Notes: generated from the sequence alone by a model not told the origin. Shown: positions 38,214 through 47,659, numbered from the stretch's first letter. The stretch is DNA of 64,000 bases from Candidatus Calescibacterium sp. (GCA_025057615.1 JANXBF010000003.1:6828-70827), one strand, 5' to 3'. A program made the numbers and translations.

Positions 38214-39411
38214 TTTCTTTGAGTTATTATATACTAACGGTAATTTACGCATAGGTAAACTAAGAAATAGTATAGGGCAAGAATTGTTGACACCGGCTTT
38301 CATTCCTGTAGCAACCAATGCTTCAATAAGAGCACTTGACAGTATAAAAGTTAAGGAATTAGGTATCAATGGTATATTTGTTAATACATATCACATGCAT
38401 CTAACACCTGGAGAAGATATAGTTGAGGAACTTGGCGGACTACATAAGTTCATGAATTATGATGGATTAATATTTACCGACAGTGGAGGTTTCCAAGCAT
38501 TCAGTCTAGGACAAGCAATTACAGATGGAGTTGGAAAAATAGTTAGCATCTTTTCAAAAGAAGGTAGAAAAAAGCAAACAAAACAAGAAAAGCTAGCCGA
38601 AGTAACCGATGAATATATAGTCTTTAAAAGTCATATAGATGGTAGAATATTAAAATTAACCCCTGAGAATTCAATACTTATACAACATAAATTGGGATCT
38701 GATATATTAATGGTTCTTGATGAGTGCACTTCTCCGCTGGCATCTTACGAATATACTAAATTATCCATGGAAAGGTCTTTAAAATGGGCTTTGAGATGCT
38801 TAGATTTTTTTAAACAGCACAATAAGGGAAACCAATACCTTTATGGAATAATCCAAGGAGGGTACCATTATGATCTGAGGATAAAATCGGCAGAATTTAT
38901 ATGTTCCTTGGATTTTGATGGGATAGCAATAGGAGGTTCACTAGGAACTTCTAAAGACAATATAGCAGAAATTCTTTCTTGGATTATAGGATACATACCT
39001 CAGGAAAAACCCAGACACTTGCTTGGAATAGGTAGCATCCCAGAAATATTCACAGCGATAGAGAATGGTATTGATACTTTTGATTGTGTTATACCAACAA
39101 GGTATGCAAGAACAGGAACTGTTTTTGTAAATGAACCACCTAACTTCATAAGAGACATAACGGCTAAATATTATAAAAATCTGGAATCAAGGAAGTATGA
39201 TTTTCCTATAGAACAAGATTGTGATTGCTATACATGTAAAAATTACACTGTCGCCTACTTAAACCATTTATTCTACGTTGGTGAAATTTCTGTTATGACT
39301 CTTCTTACAATACACAATCTTAATTTCTATAACAAACTTTTAAACAGAATAAGGCAAGCAATATTAGAAAACAAATACTTTGAATTCAAAAAACATTTCT
39401 TTCAAAAGTGA
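38173..39411 (+). CDS. tgt: Queuine tRNA-ribosyltransferase
   Basis: TPAFIPVATNASIRAL, TDSGGFQ, LDECT, GGSLG and the zinc site CDCYTCKNYTVAYLNHL are present. Confidence 0.9.
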   Translation: MQNYIPNTQKQKNNFFELLYTNGNLRIGKLRNSIGQELLTPAFIPVATNASIRALDSIKVKELGINGIFVNTYHMHLTPGEDIVEELGGLHKFMNYDGLIFTDSGGFQAFSLGQAITDGVGKIVSIFSKEGRKKQTKQEKLAEVTDEYIVFKSHIDGRILKLTPENSILIQHKLGSDILMVLDECTSPLASYEYTKLSMERSLKWALRCLDFFKQHNKGNQYLYGIIQGGYHYDLRIKSAEFICSLDFDGIAIGGSLGTSKDNIAEILSWIIGYIPQEKPRHLLGIGSIPEIFTAIENGIDTFDCVIPTRYARTGTVFVNEPPNFIRDITAKYYKNLESRKYDFPIEQDCDCYTCKNYTVAYLNHLFYVGEISVMTLLTIHNLNFYNKLLNRIRQAILENKYFEFKKHFFQK

Positions 39412-40031
39412 GAACACTTTGTATAACAAATCTATTATCAAATTTATCATTTTCAGTTGTGCAAAATAATGAAATAATAGTTGATTTATTTTTAGCAACT
39501 CAGAATCAAATATCCAACCTATCCTACGTCCTAGAATTTATAAACAATCAGATTAAATTGGAAGAAATAGATAGGGTGTTTGTAACAAACGGTCCAGGCT
39601 ATTTTACAACAGTAAGAATATCATGTATAGTAGCACAAACTATATCATTTTTGCTTAAAAAAGAACTAACTTTCACGGATAACTTTAAAGCATTGAAAAA
39701 CATCAATAAATTCCTATTTGAGGAAACCAATGTTATACCAGTAGTAAAAATAGCTTCCCATAGATATAGATTTAAAATTAATAATCCAAACAATGATTCA
39801 GATAATTATTATTCAGAAGCATCAGAAATTAGAGAACTGATAAATATCTATAACAAAGAACGCAAAAAAATTATTTTTAATGATTTTAGCATAAAAGAGC
39901 TAGAAATTTTGGAAAATGAGAAGGTAGAATTTAGAGATTTATCGAAAATATTTAGAGCAGGACTGGTTTACTTGTCATCAATCCAAAACCTGTCAATATC
40001 CAATGACTATAACATAAGAATAAATTACTAG
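39408..40031 (+). CDS. tsaB: tRNA t6A biosynthesis protein TsaB-like (divergent)
   Basis: GTG start. The central NGPGYFTTVRI corresponds to the TsaB GPGSFTGLRI motif. The length is ~207 aa. Confidence 0.55.
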   Translation: MRTLCITNLLSNLSFSVVQNNEIIVDLFLATQNQISNLSYVLEFINNQIKLEEIDRVFVTNGPGYFTTVRISCIVAQTISFLLKKELTFTDNFKALKNINKFLFEETNVIPVVKIASHRYRFKINNPNNDSDNYYSEASEIRELINIYNKERKKIIFNDFSIKELEILENEKVEFRDLSKIFRAGLVYLSSIQNLSISNDYNIRINY

Positions 40032-40035
40032 GTAT

Positions 40036-40521
40036 ATGGAAAGATTCGGTTTGGGATTTGATAGTCACAAATACAAAAAAGGAAACGGACTGAAATTAGG
40101 CGGAGTGTTTATACCCTGTAAATACTCATTCAAAGCACATTCGGATGGAGATATAATAATCCATGCGTTAATAGACTCTATTTTAGGAGCACTACCAGAT
40201 GTATTTGAATATGGAAATATTGGAACTATTTTTCCAGACAGTGACCCCAAATACAAAGAGGCCAATTCCATCTCACTTCTTAACCAAATCCTTGACAAAA
40301 TTCATCCATGGAAAATCGAAAGTTGTGACATAGTATTAATAATAGAAGAACCCAAAATAGGCAAAAACATAATTAGTATAATAGAAAATCTAAAAAACAT
40401 ACTAAAAACAGAAATAGTAAATGTAAAACCCAAAACGGCAGAAGGATTGGGATTAATAGGAAATAAAAAAGGAGCGGCGGCCTTCTGTATAATAAAACTT
40501 AAATATGATAGTAAGAAATAG
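40036..40521 (+). CDS. ispF: 2-C-methyl-D-erythritol 2,4-cyclodiphosphate synthase
   Basis: GFDSHKY ... AHSDGDIIIHAL ... FPDSDPKYK form the canonical IspF metal and substrate motifs. Confidence 0.9.
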   Translation: MERFGLGFDSHKYKKGNGLKLGGVFIPCKYSFKAHSDGDIIIHALIDSILGALPDVFEYGNIGTIFPDSDPKYKEANSISLLNQILDKIHPWKIESCDIVLIIEEPKIGKNIISIIENLKNILKTEIVNVKPKTAEGLGLIGNKKGAAAFCIIKLKYDSKK

Positions 40522-41332
40522 TCAACAGCTAGAAAAAATAAGAATGGCAGGAGCGATTAATTCTTTCACTCTCCTTTTACTTCAAAAAATCACATTAGAA
40601 AATTTTGATAAAATTAATGCAAAAATATTGGATGAATTAAGTTTTCAGATAATAACCACTCTAGGAGGAAAACCATCTTTCAAAAACTATAAACCACCAT
40701 TTTCAAATAATCATTATCCATATAGTATAACAGTTTCAATAAATGAAGAAATTGTACATGGATTACCAACAGAAAACAAAAAGTTCAAAATTGGAGACGT
40801 GGTTAGCATAGACTCAGGAACTAACTTTGAAGGTCTACACGTGGATAGTGCAATATCCTTTACAATAGGTGAGAAAAATAAAAAAATAGTGGAAGTTTGT
40901 GAAAAATCTCTATACATAGCAATAGAAAAAGTAAAACATGGAACTTACATAAAAGAAATGAGTAGAGAAATAGAAAATTTCGTTAAAAAAAATGGGTTTA
41001 ATGTGGTAAGACAATTAACTGGGCATGGAGTAGGCAAAACCATACACGATGATCCTGAGATACCCAATTTTTATATCCCCGAATACTCCAAAAGATTTTA
41101 CAATGGTATGTTGGTAGCTATAGAGCCAATGATAAGTGAAGGTTCACCAGATATAGAATTGCTAGAAGATCAATGGACAATAGTAACAAAGGACAGATCC
41201 ATATCTGCACATTTTGAACACACCATATTAGTTAAACACAGTGAATCAGAAATAGTAACAAGAATATCTGATGAAACATTTGATACTTTTTATAAAAAGG
41301 TCAAGCACTTGGTAAATTCTTATATAAAATAA
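40505..41332 (+). CDS. map: Methionine aminopeptidase type I
   Basis: Contains the metal-ligand blocks VHG, DVVSIDSG, GHGVG, AIEPM and FEHT. Confidence 0.9.
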   Translation: MIVRNSQQLEKIRMAGAINSFTLLLLQKITLENFDKINAKILDELSFQIITTLGGKPSFKNYKPPFSNNHYPYSITVSINEEIVHGLPTENKKFKIGDVVSIDSGTNFEGLHVDSAISFTIGEKNKKIVEVCEKSLYIAIEKVKHGTYIKEMSREIENFVKKNGFNVVRQLTGHGVGKTIHDDPEIPNFYIPEYSKRFYNGMLVAIEPMISEGSPDIELLEDQWTIVTKDRSISAHFEHTILVKHSESEIVTRISDETFDTFYKKVKHLVNSYIK

Positions 41333-41346
41333 ACAAAATAAAAAGA

Positions 41347-41362
41347 GGCTCATGAGAGAGCC
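41347..41362. terminator. Weak bidirectional hairpin (GGCTC-ATGAGA-GAGCC) between convergent map and subtilisin genes
   Basis: A 5-bp stem is flanked by an A-run on the left and a T-rich run on the right. Confidence 0.35.
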
Positions 41363-41399
41363 CCTTTCTGTCATTAATAAAACTTGTTACTGGTTTGAA

Positions 41400-42815
41400 T
41401 TAGGAAATAATAGTTTCTGGAGGTTCTGGATTGGGATTTGGATTAGGTTCTGGTGATGGTGAAGGAGGTGATGGTGGAAGCATACTCAAAGCTTCCTTTA
41501 CAGCTTCGTATACATTAACCAAACCTGATCCTTGATCAAATTGGTCATATGGTTTATTATCAGTTGGGTCGGTTTTCGTGAGTTTTATTGCATGCTTCAT
41601 AAGTAATTCTTTAACTTGCTGTTGCGTAAGGTTTGGATTTGCATTCAATATTAGCAGCATAGCACCTGCAACACCTGGTGTAGCCATTGAAGTTCCAGAT
41701 ATTGCTATATATTTTCCGTCAGCAGTTACAGGTATCCTACCTTGCTTTGCAAGTTTGTCCAATTCACTGCCTGGTGTATTAGCTGCCCAAATCTGGACGC
41801 CGGGCATTGATACATCGGGTTTAAGCTTAGAAGTTTCATCTGGAGCATTCTTAACTGGTCCTCTTGAAGAAAACCTGGCTATATCATCATCAGCCAAATC
41901 CTCAGTTTTTTTGTCTTGATATGCAGCAACAGTAACTGCATTTGGAGCTATAGCTGGTGTACCAACCGTATTCTGTGTAGGTCCACTATTACCAGCAGCT
42001 ATAGCAAAATAAACCCCGTCTTGTATAGCTTTCTCAACGGCCAAGGCCAGAGGATCTTGATTCCATGGCTTAAAAGCATAGCCACCTAAGCTCATATTAG
42101 CAACGACTTTTTTACCTTCTTGTTTTGCCTTTTCTACCACTTTGTTTATTCCTCGGATAATATCAGATGTGTAACCTGACCCTCCGTCGCTGAGGACTTT
42201 AATACCCCATATTTCAGCTGCTGGTGCTAAACCAGTAAACCTTCCATCGCCAGCAGCTATACCAGCAACGTGTGTTCCATGGCCGTGGCCATCATGAGGT
42301 TTGGTATGTCCTGAAGAAGTGGCATCAAAATGATAAGTTAACCTGGAACCCCAGTCATCGTGATTAGCAACACCAGTGTCTATAACAGCAAGTACCAATC
42401 CTTGACCCTTATAACCCATTTCATGTACTTTATCTGCACCAGTAATTTGTAATGTTACGTTTTTTTCTGGTAAACTCTGAACTTCTTGTGAGGTTTTGAC
42501 TCCAACTTTTTGCTTCATTTTTTGAAGTTCTCTTGTTTGTTTTAACTCTTCGGGCTCAACCAATCCCACTTTCTCATCCTTGAATACATTCACTCCTTCT
42601 GGCAAAGACTTGTATATGTTTGGTAAAGAATTCTTCTTTACTTCTGCAAGAACAAAGCCATTTCCCAAGTCCTCGACAACCCTTCCTGCCTTTAAGGTCT
42701 TCAAAATCTTTTCTATTTTGGCTTTATCCCCTGTAAAGATCACTCTTTCTAGTTCTTCTCTTTGTGTCTTACGATGCACATTCTCGTGTCCCCTCAACGG
42801 GTTTATGTTATTCAT
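41400..42815 (-). CDS. Subtilisin-family (S8) serine protease with N-terminal propeptide-like region, Pro-rich C-terminal tail, no signal peptide
   Basis: The catalytic triad blocks VIDTGV, HGHGTHVAGIAAG and SGTSMATPGVAG are present. The N-terminus MNNINPLRGHENVHRKTQ is hydrophilic. The C-terminus is PPSPPSPSPEPNPNPNPEPPETIIS. Confidence 0.9.
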   Translation of the reverse strand: MNNINPLRGHENVHRKTQREELERVIFTGDKAKIEKILKTLKAGRVVEDLGNGFVLAEVKKNSLPNIYKSLPEGVNVFKDEKVGLVEPEELKQTRELQKMKQKVGVKTSQEVQSLPEKNVTLQITGADKVHEMGYKGQGLVLAVIDTGVANHDDWGSRLTYHFDATSSGHTKPHDGHGHGTHVAGIAAGDGRFTGLAPAAEIWGIKVLSDGGSGYTSDIIRGINKVVEKAKQEGKKVVANMSLGGYAFKPWNQDPLALAVEKAIQDGVYFAIAAGNSGPTQNTVGTPAIAPNAVTVAAYQDKKTEDLADDDIARFSSRGPVKNAPDETSKLKPDVSMPGVQIWAANTPGSELDKLAKQGRIPVTADGKYIAISGTSMATPGVAGAMLLILNANPNLTQQQVKELLMKHAIKLTKTDPTDNKPYDQFDQGSGLVNVYEAVKEALSMLPPSPPSPSPEPNPNPNPEPPETIIS

Positions 42816-42874
42816 TGTTTCTCACCTCCTTCCTAAAATGCTTAAATTTTTTCATCAAAAATGAGGACACCATT

Positions 42875-42891
42875 TGTAAAAAAAATGTTAA
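42875..42891 (-). promoter_or_regulatory. Direct-repeat box TTAACA-TTTTT-TTTACA (gene orientation)
   Basis: The + strand reads TGTAAAAAAAATGTTAA, 60 nt upstream of the subtilisin start (42815). The 14-mer core is identical to those at 6450 and 51963. Confidence 0.5.
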
Positions 42892-44111
42892 TTTCTAATC
42901 TTTAATTTTTTTTCATAGAAATCTAATAATAATTCAAAAGCTTCAAAAAAAGAAAGTGCAATCCTATCTTTATACATAGGAAGATTATTGTCTGAGTATC
43001 TACTCCTAAGAGGATGTTTAAAGTATATTGCCAAATGTTCCTGAATACCATAATTTCCCAATTTCAGTGACATATCCATGTGTTTTATTAGATCTAGTAC
43101 CAATGGTGCAGCTAAAATTGAATCTCTTCCAATCCAATTTATTTTGAAACTCATTGGTAATCCCAAGAATCCTTCGAAATCTACGTTATCCCAAGCCTCT
43201 TTATTGTCGTATCTTGGTTTGTAAAAGCTTATATCAACAACATGTTCAAAATCAGAATATCCAAGAATTGGCTCAAGAACGCTTAGTTTATCCTCCATCT
43301 TTAAGTGCCTATGTTCTGGCCTTGATAAAATTTTACCATCATTGTTACCAAGTATATTGGTACTATACCAACCAATCAACTTGAAATTCCTAATTTTTAG
43401 CATAGGAGCAATCAGGGTTTTCATAAGAGTCTGACCAGTATTACCGTCCATACCTGCCAGTGGAACCCTATATTTTATAGATAAATCTTCAATAAAGTCC
43501 AATTGCAATGTAACATTGGGAGTAAAATCTATAAAAGGACAACCTTCCATAATAGCAGCAACAGCATAGGCAACAGAAGAAGGCAAATAATTCCCATCTA
43601 TTATTTTTAAATCATCAAAAGACACAGAGTTTATCTGAGAAAAAGGTTTCAAATTTTTCAAAGGCAAAGCCAAGTATACAACAAAAACTCTTTCAATTCT
43701 ATTATCGCTCTTAAATCTTTTTATGTCATCTCTTATTAGGTTTACTGCTTCCATGAAATTGGGAAGTTCCCACATTTTTACCGAGTAATCACTACTGATA
43801 GCCTCATCAGAATCCCACAAATTAACATATCCCTTCATGGGAAACATATTACTCAATGTTTTTTCGGAATCCCTATAAAATTCAAAAGGTATTATTCTAT
43901 GGTAGTTTGCCATATTAAATGAGTTTTCTAAGAACACGTCCCAGCCACCAAAAACCATCTCTCTTTCACTTAGAAATTCAACGTTTTTGAAATATTCTGT
44001 AGATATTATGCTCCCTAGATTCTGTTTATCACTTTTTGATTTGGCCCCCGTTATTACAGTATTCGCAACAGTTCCATTAAAACCAACAAACATCACACCA
44101 ACCATAATCAT
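42888..44111 (-). CDS. myo-Inositol-1-phosphate synthase family protein
   Basis: The blocks LAGMDGNTGQTLMKTLIAPML, STNILGNNDGKIL, YKPRYDNKEAWD and RDSILAAPLVLDL match the bacterial/archaeal MIPS (COG1260-type) layout. Confidence 0.8.
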   Translation of the reverse strand: MIMVGVMFVGFNGTVANTVITGAKSKSDKQNLGSIISTEYFKNVEFLSEREMVFGGWDVFLENSFNMANYHRIIPFEFYRDSEKTLSNMFPMKGYVNLWDSDEAISSDYSVKMWELPNFMEAVNLIRDDIKRFKSDNRIERVFVVYLALPLKNLKPFSQINSVSFDDLKIIDGNYLPSSVAYAVAAIMEGCPFIDFTPNVTLQLDFIEDLSIKYRVPLAGMDGNTGQTLMKTLIAPMLKIRNFKLIGWYSTNILGNNDGKILSRPEHRHLKMEDKLSVLEPILGYSDFEHVVDISFYKPRYDNKEAWDNVDFEGFLGLPMSFKINWIGRDSILAAPLVLDLIKHMDMSLKLGNYGIQEHLAIYFKHPLRSRYSDNNLPMYKDRIALSFFEAFELLLDFYEKKLKIRN

Positions 44112-44125
44112 TCTCCCTTCCTTAT

Positions 44126-45040
44126 TTATCCATTATTTATCATCAAACTAATTCCTATCAGAAAAAGAGAAATATACCCTATATTCACTTGATTTCTCAT
44201 AATAGGAATATGATTCTCTAAATCCTTATAATTCAAACTATTCCAAAAATTTTTTGCCATCAAAGGAATAGTTAACAAAGAGAGAAGAGAAAAAATATTC
44301 AGAAAACCTTGGAAAAATAGAAAAACTATTATAGAGTAAAAAATTGACATCATAAACAAATAAATGTAGCTAGCCTTTTCTCTTCCAAACCTAACTATCC
44401 AGTTTTTTACCTGAACCCTCTTATCATTTTCATAATCTGGGAACTCATTTATCAAAAGAACAGTGGATTTCCATAGACCTGGAAGAAAAAAAAGCAAAAA
44501 AGTATTCACATCGAGAATATACCTATCAGTTTCGAACATACATATATATGTCCCAAGAGATATTAAAGAGAAACCGATTATCATAGCCAATTCTCCCAAG
44601 CCAACCGTCTTCAAAACTGGGGTATAAAGTAAAATCATCAGCACACCAATAAATCCAATGATTAACAGAATTTTATGTTGAAAACTCAGGTATATACCAA
44701 TAAGGCATCCAACCAGAAAAAGAATTATCGCAAATGTTCCCATTTCAAACGGGGATATCAAACCCCTAACCAAATATCCTCCCCCTCCACTATATTCAGA
44801 AACACTTTCCAAAGTATCATTACCTCTCAGATAGTCAAATACTTCATTAAAAGCATTAACAGAAAGATGTAGAAAGAGAGCACCAACAAGAGTCAAAAAA
44901 GCATTCAAAAAATTGAAATATCCATTGTTATAGGCCAAACTAACACCTATCAACCAACAGGGAATAGACATCAGTATTATATGAGGTCTCAAAGCTATAA
45001 AATAGTCTTTTACCCTATTAATACGAAAATTGAAAACCAT
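44126..45040 (-). CDS. UbiA-superfamily prenyltransferase, MenA-like motifs
   Basis: About 8 TM helices. The first Asp-rich motif NEVFDYLRGND follows the N(D/E)xxDxxxGxD pattern, and the second is NEFPDYENDKRVQVKNW. Confidence 0.7.
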   Translation of the reverse strand: MVFNFRINRVKDYFIALRPHIILMSIPCWLIGVSLAYNNGYFNFLNAFLTLVGALFLHLSVNAFNEVFDYLRGNDTLESVSEYSGGGGYLVRGLISPFEMGTFAIILFLVGCLIGIYLSFQHKILLIIGFIGVLMILLYTPVLKTVGLGELAMIIGFSLISLGTYICMFETDRYILDVNTFLLFFLPGLWKSTVLLINEFPDYENDKRVQVKNWIVRFGREKASYIYLFMMSIFYSIIVFLFFQGFLNIFSLLSLLTIPLMAKNFWNSLNYKDLENHIPIMRNQVNIGYISLFLIGISLMINNG

Positions 45041-45145
45041 ACTACATTATTATTATTCTTACTACAACAGTGTCTACCTTTGTTGAGAAAATAGATCTTA
45101 ATTTCAAATTTACTTCAAATAAAAAACAAATTTATTCTAATTATT

Positions 45146-45724
45146 CTAAGTTATTTTTGTGAAGTATTTTTCAAACAATGTGGCTTTTGATACACTATCT
45201 TTTGTTTCTTTATTTCTTAATTTTTCCAGCAATTTTAGAGCAAATTCAAATGTTGTGGCAGGTCCCTGAGAAGTAAGCAAATTTTTATCGTCAACAACAG
45301 AAGAATCCACAAAATTTGGTATTTCATCACTCAAAGTTGGATAGCAAGTTGCTTTGTAATCTATCAACCTATGATGATGATTAACAACAGTTGGCCCGGC
45401 ACATATAGCTGCAACAACCTTATTATTCAACATGAAATGTTCTATTATTTTTTTGATAACAGGTGAATTTTTAAGATTATGAGCATTATTTGAACCACCA
45501 GGTATAAAAAGTGCATCATAATTATTGACTAAACTTTCAAAACTCTGATCATCTAAGACTTTGTCAGCCACAATTTTAACCATCCTAGAACACTCAACTA
45601 TTTGTTCATTTAGAGAAACAATATCAACATCTACCCCTCCCCTTCTAAGAATATCAACAGTAATAACAAGTTCCATTTCTTCGACACCATTACTAATCAA
45701 AGTCAAAACCTTTGGCTTCTTCAT
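45146..45724 (-). CDS. DJ-1/PfpI/ThiJ family protein
   Basis: Has the nucleophile elbow AAICAGP. The 192-aa length and the N-terminus KVLTLISNGVEEMEL are typical of the family. Confidence 0.8.
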   Translation of the reverse strand: MKKPKVLTLISNGVEEMELVITVDILRRGGVDVDIVSLNEQIVECSRMVKIVADKVLDDQSFESLVNNYDALFIPGGSNNAHNLKNSPVIKKIIEHFMLNNKVVAAICAGPTVVNHHHRLIDYKATCYPTLSDEIPNFVDSSVVDDKNLLTSQGPATTFEFALKLLEKLRNKETKDSVSKATLFEKYFTKIT

Positions 45725-45735
45725 ATTTCTCCTCC

Positions 45736-47175
45736 TTATGAATTTTTTATAAATACCCTTAATTTATTTACGATTAGCTCTGATACAGTGTTGGGTTTGG
45801 CCTTACCTTTTAGTTCTTTCATTGCTTGTCCAACAAGGAAACCAAGTGCCTTATCTTTACCTTGTAAGTAATCATCAACAGCTTGAGAGTTCTTAGAAAT
45901 TATTTCATCCACAACCTTTTCTATCAAAGATGTATCTTCTTGTATGAGTAAATCCTTACTTTTCAAAAATTCCAAAAGATCAATCTCTTCATGTAAGATA
46001 CTGATCAGGTATCTTTTTGAGTTTAGAATATCTATAGTTTTGCTTTCAGCCAGTCTGATGTATTCAATTATATTATTGATTTGTATTCTTTCCCAATTTA
46101 TCTGATTGTTATTATATAGATAAGCAAAATCCGTCTTAAGGAATTTAACAATTGAACGAGGCTCCAAATTGGAATGAATAATTACATTAAATAAATCATT
46201 AATTTTTGGATTTTCAAGTAAAAACATTATTTCATCATTATTCAGATTAAAAGCGAGGTATTCCTGATAGTACTGAGATGGGGTTTTAGGTATTTTTATT
46301 GAGTCAATATAATCTTGACTTAAATTTAGTGGAAGCAAATCTGGTTCTGGAAAATATCTGTAGTCGTGTGCTTCCTCTTTAGTTCTCATTGAGTATGTGG
46401 TTTGTGTCTTTTCATCCCATCCTCTGGTTTCCTGGATAACTTCTTTACCACTTTTAAGAATATTTGATTGTCTTTCTATTTCGTAATTTAGAGCACGAAT
46501 CAAAAATCTAAAAGAATTTATATTTTTTATTTCCACCTTGGTTCCCAACTTATCAGAGTCCTTAGGTTTGAGAGAAATGTTAGCATCACATCTCAAACTA
46601 CCCTCTTCCATTTTGACATCACTTATATTCAGATAAAGAGCTGTTAGCCTAAGTAGCTCAAGAAATTCAGCAGCTTCTTCAACAGAATATATAACAGGTT
46701 CGGTAACAATTTCAACAAGAGGGACTCCAGCACGGTTGTAATTCAAAAGCGTATATTTTGCCTCTCTAAGATTATCACCGCCAATATGTATAGATTTCCC
46801 TGTATCCTCTTCCAAATGTATTCTTCTCAAGTATACATACTTATTTAGGTTTGGCAAAAAAAGTCCTCCCTTTGTTGCAAGAGGTAAATCGTATTGCGAT
46901 ATCTGGTAATTTTTAGGCATATCGGGATAGAAATAGTGTTTCCTGTCAAATTTACTTGATAGGCTTATTTGACAATCCAGAGCTTTAGAAAGTTTTATAA
47001 AATACTCTATGGCCTGTTGATTTATTACCGGTAATGATCCAGGTAGACCCAGACAAACTGGACAAACATTCTTATTTGGTTCATGAGTAAACTCATTTTT
47101 ACAACCGCAGAAAAGCTTTTTTTCAGTTGAAAGTTCTATGTGAACCTCCAAACCTATCACAACATCATATTCCAT
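45736..47175 (-). CDS. gatB: Asp/Glu-tRNA amidotransferase subunit B
   Basis: The N-terminus MEYDVVIGLEVHIELSTEKKLFCGC ... CPVCLGLPGSLPV, NRAGVPLVEIVTEP, and the C-terminal GatB/YqeY domain are present. Confidence 0.95.
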   Translation of the reverse strand: MEYDVVIGLEVHIELSTEKKLFCGCKNEFTHEPNKNVCPVCLGLPGSLPVINQQAIEYFIKLSKALDCQISLSSKFDRKHYFYPDMPKNYQISQYDLPLATKGGLFLPNLNKYVYLRRIHLEEDTGKSIHIGGDNLREAKYTLLNYNRAGVPLVEIVTEPVIYSVEEAAEFLELLRLTALYLNISDVKMEEGSLRCDANISLKPKDSDKLGTKVEIKNINSFRFLIRALNYEIERQSNILKSGKEVIQETRGWDEKTQTTYSMRTKEEAHDYRYFPEPDLLPLNLSQDYIDSIKIPKTPSQYYQEYLAFNLNNDEIMFLLENPKINDLFNVIIHSNLEPRSIVKFLKTDFAYLYNNNQINWERIQINNIIEYIRLAESKTIDILNSKRYLISILHEEIDLLEFLKSKDLLIQEDTSLIEKVVDEIISKNSQAVDDYLQGKDKALGFLVGQAMKELKGKAKPNTVSELIVNKLRVFIKNS

Positions 47176-47190
47176 AAAATATCACTCCTG

Positions 47191-47218
47191 TTTGTATAAT
47201 TTCTTTTGTATAATTTCT
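47191..47218. repeat. Perfect tandem duplication of a 14-mer (TTTGTATAATTTCT x2) immediately upstream of the gatB RBS
   Basis: 47191-47204 and 47205-47218 are identical. In gene orientation the repeat reads AGAAATTATACAAA x2 followed by CAGGAGTG and the ATG. Confidence 0.8.
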
Positions 47219-47246
47219 CATAAAAAATTAAGTCCTTTGAATAAAT

Positions 47247-47651
47247 TCATTCAACATATTTGTAGATTATCCTGTATTTTTGTATTTGTCCCGAGTATTG
47301 AACATAGATTTTAGTTTGGTATTTATATGGATTAGTAGATACAACAATTGAATTGGATGAATCAAGATAAGCTTTACCTACTTCCTTAGCATTAGCAGGA
47401 ACATTCTCATAAGGGACACTCCGGACAACTAAATCCCCAGCAGTTTGATTGGTATATAATTTTACAATAAAAGAATCTCCCAGATACATACCCTGCCAAA
47501 AAATATAAAACCTATCAAAATTAGAAAATCTACTCAAAGTGTTAGCAAAAGCCAAAAAAGTAAAGATAATAAAAAGACTAATAAATATCACTGTTGCCAT
47601 GTTAACCATACCTCTGGACATACCCATTTTATTTTTATATTCCATATACAA
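47247..47651 (-). CDS. Hypothetical N-terminally anchored protein (~130 aa)
   Basis: The track start is a TTG. An ATG at 47643-47645 with an upstream AAGGGA is the more likely start. It has one TM helix (ATVIFISLFIIFTFLAFA) followed by a beta-rich domain. Confidence 0.5.
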   Translation of the reverse strand: MYMEYKNKMGMSRGMVNMATVIFISLFIIFTFLAFANTLSRFSNFDRFYIFWQGMYLGDSFIVKLYTNQTAGDLVVRSVPYENVPANAKEVGKAYLDSSNSIVVSTNPYKYQTKIYVQYSGQIQKYRIIYKYVE

Positions 47652-47659
47652 AAATCCCT

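Noticed and set aside
41400-42815. G+C-richer patches (subtilisin gene, 602-aa gene at 50082..51890, 206-aa gene at 10616..11236) as evidence of horizontally acquired islands
   Set aside because: The enrichment tracks amino-acid composition (Gly/Ala/Pro/Gln-rich products). There are no flanking repeats, integrases or tRNA-adjacent boundaries. Horizontal acquisition cannot be supported without codon-usage statistics or phylogeny.
47247-47651. The 134-aa membrane-anchored protein downstream of dprA as a competence pseudopilin
   Set aside because: The N-terminus lacks a prepilin peptidase site (a G/FTLxE-type motif). Only the proximity to dprA suggested the idea.
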